Part shown: piece after piece, positions 45,342 to 53,814 of the stretch
Numbering within the stretch: position 1 is the first letter of the stretch
Layout of the letters: every line of letters starts with the position of its first letter
The notes under the pieces: model-generated
The model's input: the letters and a program-made list of their open reading frames with translations, nothing else
Told to the model about the DNA's origin: nothing
The model's database searches: none
Position numbers and translations under genes: made by a program
From: Desulfobulbaceae bacterium UBA5611
GTDB lineage: Bacteria; Desulfobacterota; Desulfobulbia; Desulfobulbales; Desulfocapsaceae
Reading direction: 5' to 3'
NCBI GenBank assembly: GCA_002424635.1
Contig: DIKT01000029.1
Coordinates: forward strand, 6,254-70,253
Length of the DNA stretch: 64,000 nucleotides

Positions 45342-45731
45342 TTAGGGTTTGATAGTAATCTCGCTATTAATCCTATTGTTTCCTGCTGCCTGGGAGGCCT
45401 TCTGTTCAACCATTGTTTTTTCCTGCTCAGTTCTGACGTGCCCTTTTAATGTTACTACGCCACGCTCGGTAGTGATCGCCACATTCCTCTGAATCTCTTT
45501 GGGTAGTGTCTGGTCATCCTCGATGGCCTGCCAGATTTTTCCTGTGATCTCACGTTCTTCTTTGGTGCCGACTGTTTGCTTTTCAGCAAGCGGACCAGCT
45601 ACACCTACGGTTTTGTCCTGAGGGGGAGTTATTGTTTCCGGTTTATGGACCGCCAAACATGCTCCCGGGAAGTTGCCAAGCAAAAAGCCCGCTACCAACA
45701 AAGTCATAAAAAGTGTTTTATTTTTAGACAT
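45342..45731 (-). CDS. Secreted single-BON-domain protein (OsmY-like)
   Basis: Signal peptide. BON core VAITTERGVVTLKGHVRTEQEKTMVEQKA. AGGAG RBS. Confidence 0.8.
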   Translation of the reverse strand: MSKNKTLFMTLLVAGFLLGNFPGACLAVHKPETITPPQDKTVGVAGPLAEKQTVGTKEEREITGKIWQAIEDDQTLPKEIQRNVAITTERGVVTLKGHVRTEQEKTMVEQKASQAAGNNRINSEITIKP

Positions 45732-45864
45732 TTCATTTCTCCTTTTGTTATTACATGCTGAGTAATTCTGTTGCGTTAAGGCCCCTTGTCTTCATGTTTT
45801 ATGGACCACCTCCTTTTTTTATATCTATAAAAGTATGACTTGAGAATTTGTCATACTTTATATA

Positions 45865-45880
45865 AGCAATTTTAGTGCCA
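45865..45880 (-). promoter_or_regulatory. Sigma54 promoter of the BON/tail-anchored protein operon
   Basis: Minus strand reads TGGCACTAAAATTGCT, an exact TGGCAC-N5-TTGC. About 135 nt upstream of the ATG at 45731. Confidence 0.75.
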
Positions 45881-45929
45881 AGGAAATAAAATCAGTGATT
45901 ACAAAGGTATGAGATGACAAATAGTTGAA

Positions 45930-45985
45930 GCTGCTTGTGCGCTAAAACTTTTTCCCGAAATACGGAAACGAAAAAACGGAAATTT
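45930..45985. promoter_or_regulatory. Conserved upstream element A (candidate enhancer/UAS)
   Basis: GCTGCT..CGCTA..CTTTTTCCCGAAATACGGAAACGAAAAAACGGAAA lies 50-105 bp upstream of the -24 element. The core recurs at 50528-50580. Confidence 0.6.
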
Positions 45986-46032
45986 GAATTGAGCAAATTG
46001 TTTTAAGAGAAGACAGCTTTAGAAGAGAAAGA

Positions 46033-46395
46033 TTATTTATTGATAAATAAGATGGTGGTCCACCAGGCTATAAAGAGAAATTCAGCAAGCGCATCAAGCA
46101 GATAAATTGCTGCAATGATGCGCTTTTTAAAATAAATGATGTCGACTCCGGCCAGAACTACCGCACTACCGATGGCGAGCACTGCAGTTGATAACATTGG
46201 TTCCTGCCGCATTCCTGCAATTATCAAGGTAGTGCCGATGACAAAAAGAATAGCTCCCACAGTTTTCACAAGCCACAGGTCATGTTTCGGGCCGGTGACC
46301 TGCTGGAAGCTCTCGATGCTCACAATAGGCCAGATGCCGGTCAGGGCATAAAAGATGCCTTGGGTCAGAGCAGTAAGAAAAAAATTTTCTATCAA
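46033..46395 (-). CDS. Four-TM membrane protein, unknown function
   Basis: 120 aa, four hydrophobic helices, TTG start. Lies 19 nt downstream of the Cys-rich protein gene. Confidence 0.5.
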   Translation of the reverse strand: MIENFFLTALTQGIFYALTGIWPIVSIESFQQVTGPKHDLWLVKTVGAILFVIGTTLIIAGMRQEPMLSTAVLAIGSAVVLAGVDIIYFKKRIIAAIYLLDALAEFLFIAWWTTILFINK

Positions 46396-46414
46396 AGCCT
46401 ATACCCTATTCAAC

Positions 46415-46741
46415 TTAGGCCATTTTACGGCATTCATCTGCACATCTATAGCAGGCTTGAGCGCATTGCTGACAATGCTCCATCGTATGTTTGTTGCATT
46501 CATCACCGCATTCCTGGCAAACCTGAGCGCATAAGTCGCAGATTTTGGCAATATATTTGGAGCCACGGGCCATGAAACGGGCTGCCAGGTTGCAAATATC
46601 GGCGCAATCTTGATCGAGTTCGATGCAACGAACCATTATTTTAATATCATCTTCCAGCAAGCAGGCAGACAGGCAATGTTCGCAGGCTGTGACGCACTCA
46701 TTGCAGGCCTTGATACAGGTTTCATATTGTGTATGGGACAT
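46415..46741 (-). CDS. Cys-rich four-helix-bundle metal (copper)-binding protein (DUF326 family)
   Basis: 19 Cys in 108 aa, arranged as repeated CxxxCxxC/CxxCxxxC heptads (CIKACNECVTACEHCLSAC ... CQQCAQACYRCADEC). GGGAGG RBS. Confidence 0.8.
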   Translation of the reverse strand: MSHTQYETCIKACNECVTACEHCLSACLLEDDIKIMVRCIELDQDCADICNLAARFMARGSKYIAKICDLCAQVCQECGDECNKHTMEHCQQCAQACYRCADECRKMA

Positions 46742-46801
46742 AATTTCCTCCCGTTAATGATTAAAAGTCTTGACTGTCAAATGGCGTCCTTGGGTTACAA
46801 G

Positions 46802-46850
46802 CAAAAAAAGCGGGCGGAACGCTCTTGATAATAAATAAGAGCGTCCGCCA
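46802..46850 (-). terminator. Rho-independent terminator after the KGG-repeat gene
   Basis: GGCGGACGCTCTT / AAGAGCG(T)TCCGCC hairpin followed by T7 on the minus strand. Confidence 0.75.
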
Positions 46851-46918
46851 CCTTTAATAAGTACAGGCCGGCATTTTGAGCCTGACCTCGTGCCGGGTTT
46901 TATCTATGATGGCTGAGA

Positions 46919-47323
46919 TTATCTGTTTTTATGGCTTTGGCGGCCGGCCTTGGCATGCTGTTCCGGTGTGCCGCCGCGGGCTGATTTGCCTGAACTTTTA
47001 CTGCTGCTGCTGGAACTGCGGCTGCTCGAACCACGGCTGCTCTCGCCCCCTTTGGCGCCAATGTCTGCCATGTGAGAACGATCCCGGCTGGTCGACTCGC
47101 CGCCTTTACGGCCAATATCAGCCATATGCTCACGGTCCTGACTGACGGTTTCTCCACCTTTCTGACCGGCGCGGCGCGCCTCTTCAGATGTGAATTCATG
47201 GGCGGTGCCTTTTTCATGGGCTGCCTTGCCGCCCTGGCTTGCTATCTCTCGTTGTCGCTTTTCATCCATGGATGCAAAGCCGCGCTTACTCTGGCTTCCT
47301 ACATCTTTTCTATGACTAGGCAT
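46919..47323 (-). CDS. KGG-repeat general stress protein (GsiB/YciG-like)
   Basis: Repeated QGGKAAHEKG / QKGGETVSQDREHMADIGRKGGE / IGAKGGES. Ser-rich tail. Start MPSHRK behind an AGGAG RBS. Confidence 0.8.
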   Translation of the reverse strand: MPSHRKDVGSQSKRGFASMDEKRQREIASQGGKAAHEKGTAHEFTSEEARRAGQKGGETVSQDREHMADIGRKGGESTSRDRSHMADIGAKGGESSRGSSSRSSSSSSKSSGKSARGGTPEQHAKAGRQSHKNR

Positions 47324-47614
47324 GATCGTCTCCTTTAAGCTTAAATTTGCTGCAATCAAAGCAATGGTTAAGATTGCAGATAAGGGGGAGTCAACAACTT
47401 TGGGGCCATTGATGACCCCAGGCACTTCCAGAGATTAAAAAATACTTAATCATAGGAAATACATCATGGTTCTCATCATCGGCTATGCCTCCATCAAGTG
47501 ATGCCGCTGTCAACGGCAATGAGAGATAATAAGGATGAAGTTGCTGTTCATCCTGCCTGTGCATGGTTGCATGACTCGTTGTCATCTCATGATGGCCGGA
47601 TCGGGCAATTGTTT

Positions 47615-49705
47615 TTATGCTAAGACCCGCACGTACTGCTCCCGGTCCCATTGACGTGTCTTGGCCGCGGTAATAAAAGCATCATGGTCATTGATGTCGA
47701 CTATGCCGGCATCCAGCCCGACATTGGCTATATCCAAGAGGGCCTGGCCGCCATTGTCAACGGCAATGGCCTTGAGATGAGAGAAGGCATCCTGGACAAA
47801 CTGGATGGCGGCGCTGTCCATCGACAGCATCTCGGCCCCTTCGTCAGAGAGGATGATGGCCACGGCATCAAAAAGAACCGAAGGGGCACCGGCTAGCTGC
47901 TTGTCTGCCGGCAGCATTGAACCATCAGCCAGCATCGCCCCGCCTACTTTCGGGGCGATGATCTTTACGCCGGCGCCGGTATCAGTGATGGCCTTTTTTA
48001 TCTTATTGATGACTTTACCGTCGGACCCATCGGCAATCAGGATGCCGATATCGCGGCCCATAAGGGTGTCTTTCATTTTGCCGATGATCTGCAGGGCAGG
48101 GGAAGGCGGCAGATCCTGGACAGGGGCGGCCGCCACCGGCGCAGCGGGCATTTTTTCCAGGCCAAGACCCGTGGCCACCCGTTGGGCGAGGTCCTCTGCA
48201 ATATGTCGCAGATGACCAACCATGGCCTCCCGGACATGATTGGTAACTCGGGAAAGCTCAAAGACCAGGGCTGAAGCCAGATGGGCCTGCTCATATGCGG
48301 TCTGGCTGATATAGAACTGCCGGGCCTGGCTGTAATGGTCGGCGAAGCTCTCGGCCCGGATGCGGCCTTTGCCGCCAGTTTCAGTTATGGCGGCGCTATG
48401 AAAGCCATGAGGAGTTTCCCGCGGCGAGATTTTCGATAAGGAGTTGGGTTCATAAGCAACCTGGCCCGCCTGTGGAGCCATTTGCATATGACCATCACGC
48501 TGCTGATTGCCAAATGGACATTTTGGCGAGTTGATGGGGATCTGCTGGAAATTGGGCGAGCCCAGGCGCGACAGCTGGGTATCGAGATAGGAGAACAGGC
48601 GGCCCTGCAGCAAGGGGTCATTGGAAAAATCAAGGCCCGGCACGATATTGGCTGGACAGTAGGCGACCTGTTCCGTCTCGGCAAAGAAATTGCTGGGCCA
48701 TCTATCCAGGACCATGCGGCCGATAACCTTTAAAGGCACCAGCTCTTCCGGAATCAGCTTGGTCGGATCGAGATGATCGAACGGAAATTCGGCCGCCTCC
48801 TCTTCCGTAAAAAGCTGGACCGCGAATTCCCATTCCGGAAAATTACCGGAAGTGACGGCCTCAAACATATCACGCCGGTGATAGTCCTGATCGGCCCCGG
48901 CAATCTTGACGGTCTCGTCCCAAATGGTAGACTGCAAGCCGAGTTTGGGGCGCCAGTGAAATTTGACAAAGGTTGATTCACCATTGTCATTAAGCAGGCG
49001 GAAACTATGGACGCCAAAACCTTCAATCATGCGCAGCGACCGCGGAATAGTGCGATCGGACATGATCCACATGATCATATGCATGGATTCCGGCGAATGG
49101 TTGATAAAGTCCCAGAAGGTGTCGTGCGCTGTTGACGACTGCGGAAAGCCGCGGTCGGGCTCCATTTTGACGGCATGAATGATATCGGGAAATTTGATGG
49201 CATCCTGAATAAAGAAGACTGGGATATTATTGCCGACCAGATCCCAATTACCTTCCTTGGTATAAAACTTGACGGCAAAGCCGCGGACATCGCGCGGCGT
49301 ATCAATCGAGCCAGCGCCGCCGGCTACGGTTGACAACCGGGTAAAGACCGGGGTTTTTTCCCCAACCTCAGTGAGTATCCTGGCGGTGGTATACTGCGCC
49401 AATGAGTCGGTCAATTCAAAGAAGCCGTGGACGCCTGTGCCGCGGGCATGAACGACCCGTTCAGGAATGCGCTCGTGATCGAAATGGGTAATTTTTTCCC
49501 GCAGCATGAAATCTTCCAGCAGGGTCGGGCCTTTGGCATTAGCCCTTAGGGAGTTTTGATTATCGGCAATGGCAACCCCCTGATTGGTAGTCAGCGGTGG
49601 GTGCTCCCCCTCGACGCTTTGGTGTATTTCGCCGCCGGCAGCATGTTGTAAGGCTCCTTTACCCATCGCACTTTTCTCTTGTTTGCTTTTTTTAGAATTT
49701 GTCAT
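47615..49705 (-). CDS. katE: Large-subunit catalase (HPII type) with C-terminal DJ-1/PfpI-like domain
   Basis: 696 aa. [22 protein letters not shown]-type core, VRFSTV-like RLSTVAGG. C-terminal glutamine-amidotransferase-like domain. Confidence 0.9.
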   Translation of the reverse strand: MTNSKKSKQEKSAMGKGALQHAAGGEIHQSVEGEHPPLTTNQGVAIADNQNSLRANAKGPTLLEDFMLREKITHFDHERIPERVVHARGTGVHGFFELTDSLAQYTTARILTEVGEKTPVFTRLSTVAGGAGSIDTPRDVRGFAVKFYTKEGNWDLVGNNIPVFFIQDAIKFPDIIHAVKMEPDRGFPQSSTAHDTFWDFINHSPESMHMIMWIMSDRTIPRSLRMIEGFGVHSFRLLNDNGESTFVKFHWRPKLGLQSTIWDETVKIAGADQDYHRRDMFEAVTSGNFPEWEFAVQLFTEEEAAEFPFDHLDPTKLIPEELVPLKVIGRMVLDRWPSNFFAETEQVAYCPANIVPGLDFSNDPLLQGRLFSYLDTQLSRLGSPNFQQIPINSPKCPFGNQQRDGHMQMAPQAGQVAYEPNSLSKISPRETPHGFHSAAITETGGKGRIRAESFADHYSQARQFYISQTAYEQAHLASALVFELSRVTNHVREAMVGHLRHIAEDLAQRVATGLGLEKMPAAPVAAAPVQDLPPSPALQIIGKMKDTLMGRDIGILIADGSDGKVINKIKKAITDTGAGVKIIAPKVGGAMLADGSMLPADKQLAGAPSVLFDAVAIILSDEGAEMLSMDSAAIQFVQDAFSHLKAIAVDNGGQALLDIANVGLDAGIVDINDHDAFITAAKTRQWDREQYVRVLA

Positions 49706-49764
49706 TTTTGCCTCATAGTCAGAATGGTGAGTAAAAAATGTTCTTGTTAAGTTTTGTCTTGTAT

Positions 49765-50205
49765 TTAGGCCTTGACCGCCTCTAAGGCCGATTCGACCCG
49801 AGGTAGCATTTTGGTATTGTCAAAGTCGCCCCGTAAGACTTTCAAGGCATATCTCTCACGATCTATCTCCTGCTGGGTGCGAACCCCCAGCCTGCGGAAG
49901 ATGGGGACAGGCGGGCACCAGCCCTGTACTGCATGTTCGAATAAAAATGGTAATACTATGCCCGGTACCAGCAGCCATTTCCGATTATAGGTCAGACCGA
50001 GCACCAGTCCGGTGAAGGCCAGAGCGGAGGCATTAGTTTCAAGCATGCGCTCCATGTCCCATTCCCGGTCGAGCTCATTGAGACGGCAATTGATATCAGC
50101 AGTGCTTTTCTGGGCATATGCGCGGACCCGAGCATCAATGTTTTGATCAATCTGGCTGTTGATTTTTGCTGAAGTATGAGCCCGGACCCTGTCTGTTTTA
50201 GCCAT
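49765..50205 (-). CDS. DUF2892 (YgaP-like) membrane protein
   Basis: Start MAKTDR behind a GGGAGGA RBS. Two TM segments and the QGWCPP motif. Confidence 0.65.
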   Translation of the reverse strand: MAKTDRVRAHTSAKINSQIDQNIDARVRAYAQKSTADINCRLNELDREWDMERMLETNASALAFTGLVLGLTYNRKWLLVPGIVLPFLFEHAVQGWCPPVPIFRRLGVRTQQEIDRERYALKVLRGDFDNTKMLPRVESALEAVKA

Positions 50206-50450
50206 AATTTTTCCTCCCTGGGAGTTAAATTCAAGTCTTATAGATCTTAGGATCAGGATCCCTTTTTTGATTCTTTGGAATAAGAGAAAGATCGCGACGA
50301 GGGTTGGGTAGCCACGACTTTTCTCCTCATTCAAGTCATTGAGCCACTTATTTTTAAGATGAAAAGAAGATATACTGTTGAGGTAGTGAGTAAATTGGTT
50401 TTTTGCTCCAATGAGTCTGCACGCTTAAAATATAGCTTATTTTACTGAAC

Positions 50451-50466
50451 AGCAATATTTATGCCA
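50451..50466 (-). promoter_or_regulatory. Sigma54 promoter of the DUF2892-katE unit
   Basis: Minus strand reads TGGCATAAATATTGCT, with exact -24/-12 spacing. About 245 nt upstream of the ATG at 50205. Confidence 0.7.
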
Positions 50467-50527
50467 GTATTGCTTGGTCTGTTTTTAAGTAATTATTATT
50501 AGGACTTCATGTCAGTTTGACGATTTC

Positions 50528-50580
50528 GCTGCTATTTTTCGCTACGCTTTCCCGAAAAACGGACCGAAAAAACGGACTTA
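50528..50580. promoter_or_regulatory. Conserved upstream element B (candidate enhancer/UAS)
   Basis: GCTGCT..CGCTA..CTTTCCCGAAAAACGGACCGAAAAAACGGAC lies 62-114 bp upstream of the -24 element. Cores CCCGAAAnACGGA and CGAAAAAACGGA are identical to element A. Confidence 0.6.
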
Positions 50581-50692
50581 TCCTTATCAGGTAGGAAGCA
50601 TAACCGATTGTATGAGATCATCACCAAAAGTCTTGCCTGTTATTTAATTAACCCGGTAATCCGCTTAGACATGGACTCTAAAGATAGATGCA

Positions 50693-50721
50693 TTGACAAT
50701 CAGTCCGGAACGATGCAATAT
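50693..50721 (+). promoter_or_regulatory. Candidate sigma70 promoter for the GGDEF gene
   Basis: TTGACA, 17 nt, CAATAT. About 80 nt upstream of the ATG at 50800. Confidence 0.4.
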
Positions 50722-50799
50722 TTCTTGTAAAGATTTAAATATTCCAATGGCGTTAATGATCTGAAGAAATAAGTGAGATTATCTTCATTCAGAGGTCAT

Positions 50800-52512
50800 A
50801 TGCACATCAAACTATCTACATCCCGAAAAGAGGCCCTCCGGATAGCTCTACCTCCCCTGGTAGCTGTTGTTCTGTTTGTCTCCGTTGTTTTCGGCTTGCT
50901 TCTGCCGGGCTATCATAATGCTGTGCTGGAACGAAAAAAGGAGATGATCCGCGAATTAACCACTACCGCCTGGAATATTCTGCAGTATTATCATACCAGG
51001 ACCGGCCATGGTGAGCTGACCCGGTTGGAGGCTCAAACCATGGCGGCGGAGGAGATCGGCAGACTTCGTTATGGGCCTGATAATAAAGATTATTTTTGGA
51101 TAAATGACATGCGGCCGGTGCTGATCATGCATCCCTATCGGCCGGATTTGGAAGGTCAGGATGTGTCTGATTTTGCCGATCCCAGCGGCCAGCGGCTGTT
51201 TGTGTCCTTTGTTGATAAGGTCCAGCAGGAGGGCTCCGGTTTTGTCCCTTACCTCTGGCAGTGGCAGGATGATGCCAGTCAAATAGTGGCCAAATTATCC
51301 TATGTCAAAGGATTCCAACCCTGGGGCTGGATCGTCGGTACTGGTATCTATCTGAATGATGTAGAACAGGAAACGGCCTTGGTCACGACCAGACTGGCTA
51401 TGATCTCCCTGGCCATTCTGCTTTGTATTGCCGCCCTTTCAGCCCATAGCATACGACAGGGTATCCGGGCGGTGCGCCAGCGTCGGCAGGCCTTGGAACT
51501 GCTGAGTCAGCATCGCGATCAGCTGGCTGAGGATGTCAACGAACGGACCCGGGAATTGCAGGAAAGTAACGAGCTCCTGCGTTCAGAAGTAGAGGAACAT
51601 GCCAGTGCCGAAAAGCATATCACCGGCCAGCATGCCTTCCTGGAAAGCGTCTTAGAGTCGCTGCCGTTTCCTTTTTATGTAGTGAATGCCGATAATTATT
51701 TGATTGAGATGGCCAATTCTGCGGCCAAGAAAGAAGGTTGGGTTGGAGGTGCTTGTCATCTTCTGACCCATGGCAGCCCAGTGCCATGCGGTGGTGAGGG
51801 CCATTCTTGCCCCCTGGATGAGGTGAAAAGAACAGGCTTGCCGGTAACCTTAGAGCATCAGCATTATGATCATGAGCACGGAGCCTGTCGTTTTTATGAG
51901 GTACACGGCTTCCCTATCTTTGATAAAGAAGGCCGGGTGGTCAAAATGATCGAAACCAGTCAGGATATCACCCAGCGCAAGGAACTGGAGGCTCAGCTTA
52001 TAGAAATCTCCAATACCGATCAGTTGACCGGTCTCTATAATCGACGCGGCTTTTTTATTATGGGCGAAAAACAGATGCAGGTGGCTGAGCGTCTGGGCAG
52101 CCGGCTGACTCTGCTTTTTGCTGATGTTGATAATCTCAAGCCGATCAATGATACCCTTGGCCATGAAGGGGGTGATGCTATTTTAAAGGCAGCGGCCACC
52201 GTCCTGATAGATACTTTTCGCCAGGCTGATATTGTCGGGCGCTTAGGTGGTGATGAATTTGCTGTCCTGTTGATAGAAGGCAGCGAGGAGGCTAATGACT
52301 TTACAATGCAGCAGCGTCTGCAGGAAAATATCGACCATCGTAACCGGGCCTTCCCTGCTTTTCCTCTGGAGTTGAGCACCGGTACTGCTCTGTTCGATCC
52401 CGCCAACCCCTGCTCCCTTGAGGATCTCATCGCCGAGGCGGACCGACATATGTATGAGGACAAGCAGGCCAAGAAAGCCGTAATTGTTCTTAAGCCTGCA
52501 GAGACAGCATAG
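50800..52512 (+). CDS. Diguanylate cyclase: periplasmic sCache sensor + TM + coiled coil + Cys-motif PAS + GGDEF
   Basis: YFWINDMRPVLIMHPYRPDLEG Cache signature, RLGGDEFAVLL active site. The ATG at 50800 has an AGAGG RBS. The ORF is open to GTG 50773. Confidence 0.85.
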   Translation: MHIKLSTSRKEALRIALPPLVAVVLFVSVVFGLLLPGYHNAVLERKKEMIRELTTTAWNILQYYHTRTGHGELTRLEAQTMAAEEIGRLRYGPDNKDYFWINDMRPVLIMHPYRPDLEGQDVSDFADPSGQRLFVSFVDKVQQEGSGFVPYLWQWQDDASQIVAKLSYVKGFQPWGWIVGTGIYLNDVEQETALVTTRLAMISLAILLCIAALSAHSIRQGIRAVRQRRQALELLSQHRDQLAEDVNERTRELQESNELLRSEVEEHASAEKHITGQHAFLESVLESLPFPFYVVNADNYLIEMANSAAKKEGWVGGACHLLTHGSPVPCGGEGHSCPLDEVKRTGLPVTLEHQHYDHEHGACRFYEVHGFPIFDKEGRVVKMIETSQDITQRKELEAQLIEISNTDQLTGLYNRRGFFIMGEKQMQVAERLGSRLTLLFADVDNLKPINDTLGHEGGDAILKAAATVLIDTFRQADIVGRLGGDEFAVLLIEGSEEANDFTMQQRLQENIDHRNRAFPAFPLELSTGTALFDPANPCSLEDLIAEADRHMYEDKQAKKAVIVLKPAETA

Positions 52513-52556
52513 GTCCTGGCAGTGCATAATCAGATGAGGACGCAGATGGCACCCCT

Positions 52557-53810
52557 TTAGGGTGTCTCCTGATCGGTAGTCAGGCTGGGCACGATCATAT
52601 TGATGAGCCAGAAAAGGATAAAGGGTATGCTGACAACTGTCAGGGCGCCCAGCAGACCTTCCTTGAAAGTTTCTGCGCTATGGGGCAGCAGCGGCAGGTG
52701 GTAATGCATGAAACCGGCAAACGAGAGTGAGAAGGCCTGGCCGCCGATCACTACGTTCCACCGCATCATGAACACACCATATAAAATAAGAAGCAGGGCG
52801 ATAACGGTGCGGCGGATGGTGAGCCGGGGCAGAATCAACAGGATGAAGGGCAGCAGATTTCCGAGGCCGTACTGCAGGATAAAGATATTGACGAAGTCCT
52901 TTTGATAAAGGACAAAGCGCAGGATGTCCCATGACTTCATCGCCGTATAGCCGCGAAAGATGAGGTCAAGCAGCTCAAGGGCAATGGCAGCCACCAGAAA
53001 GCCGATCAGATAGCGGGAGGCCTTGGCGATGACCTCTTCCATCACTGTTATTCTGCTTACCTGCGCCACATCGGTGTCTTGGGCAGGAGTGGAACGCAAT
53101 TTTTTCCATTCCATGATGACAATATAGGTCAGCATACAAAGAGCAATGCCTGACACCACTGCGGACATGATGAAGATGACCGGCATGAGCGGTGACATCC
53201 ACAGGGCATTGGCTTTGACCGAACCGAAAATAAAACCGGCATAACCATGCAGAAAGCAGGCCACCGGGATGCCCGTGGCGGCCAGGATTTTAACTGCTTT
53301 TTTGTCTTTAACCAGGGCCGGGGCGCTGATATCGTAAGCCCCCAGAGTGAGTAGCTGATAAAGCCGGCGCTTTATTACCAGACCCGGGCCTGGCTGCCCC
53401 TGTAACGCCAGGGTCTGCTCGACAAAATACTGGCGATAGACAAACCAGATCTCACTTAAAACAATAGCCGCATAGGTGGAAAAAACAATGCCGAAGGCGG
53501 CAATGGCCGAGGTGAAATGGGGGGTCAGCATGACGTAAATCCCCCGCAGCGGCTGCTGGAGATGAAAGAGCAGCGGCAGCAGGGCCGTGGGCAGGAGCGC
53601 CAGCGAAAAGACCAGCGAAAAGCGGGCCAGTTCCTTGAGATCCTTCTGGCCGAAGACATGATACAGCGAGGACAGCACGAAAGCGCCGGCGACCAGTCCG
53701 GTCATATAGGGGTACATGACAATCTGGATGGACCAGTAAATATATTCGTTGGGATAGACGAAGAGTTCCTTGGTGGTCCATTCCAGGCCATGAACGATCA
53801 TAGATTCCAT
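52557..53810 (-). CDS. NrfD/PsrC-family integral membrane quinone-interacting subunit
   Basis: 417 aa, about 10 TM segments. Directly downstream of the Tat-FeS subunit gene. Confidence 0.8.
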   Translation of the reverse strand: MESMIVHGLEWTTKELFVYPNEYIYWSIQIVMYPYMTGLVAGAFVLSSLYHVFGQKDLKELARFSLVFSLALLPTALLPLLFHLQQPLRGIYVMLTPHFTSAIAAFGIVFSTYAAIVLSEIWFVYRQYFVEQTLALQGQPGPGLVIKRRLYQLLTLGAYDISAPALVKDKKAVKILAATGIPVACFLHGYAGFIFGSVKANALWMSPLMPVIFIMSAVVSGIALCMLTYIVIMEWKKLRSTPAQDTDVAQVSRITVMEEVIAKASRYLIGFLVAAIALELLDLIFRGYTAMKSWDILRFVLYQKDFVNIFILQYGLGNLLPFILLILPRLTIRRTVIALLLILYGVFMMRWNVVIGGQAFSLSFAGFMHYHLPLLPHSAETFKEGLLGALTVVSIPFILFWLINMIVPSLTTDQETP

Positions 53811-53814
53811 GTTG

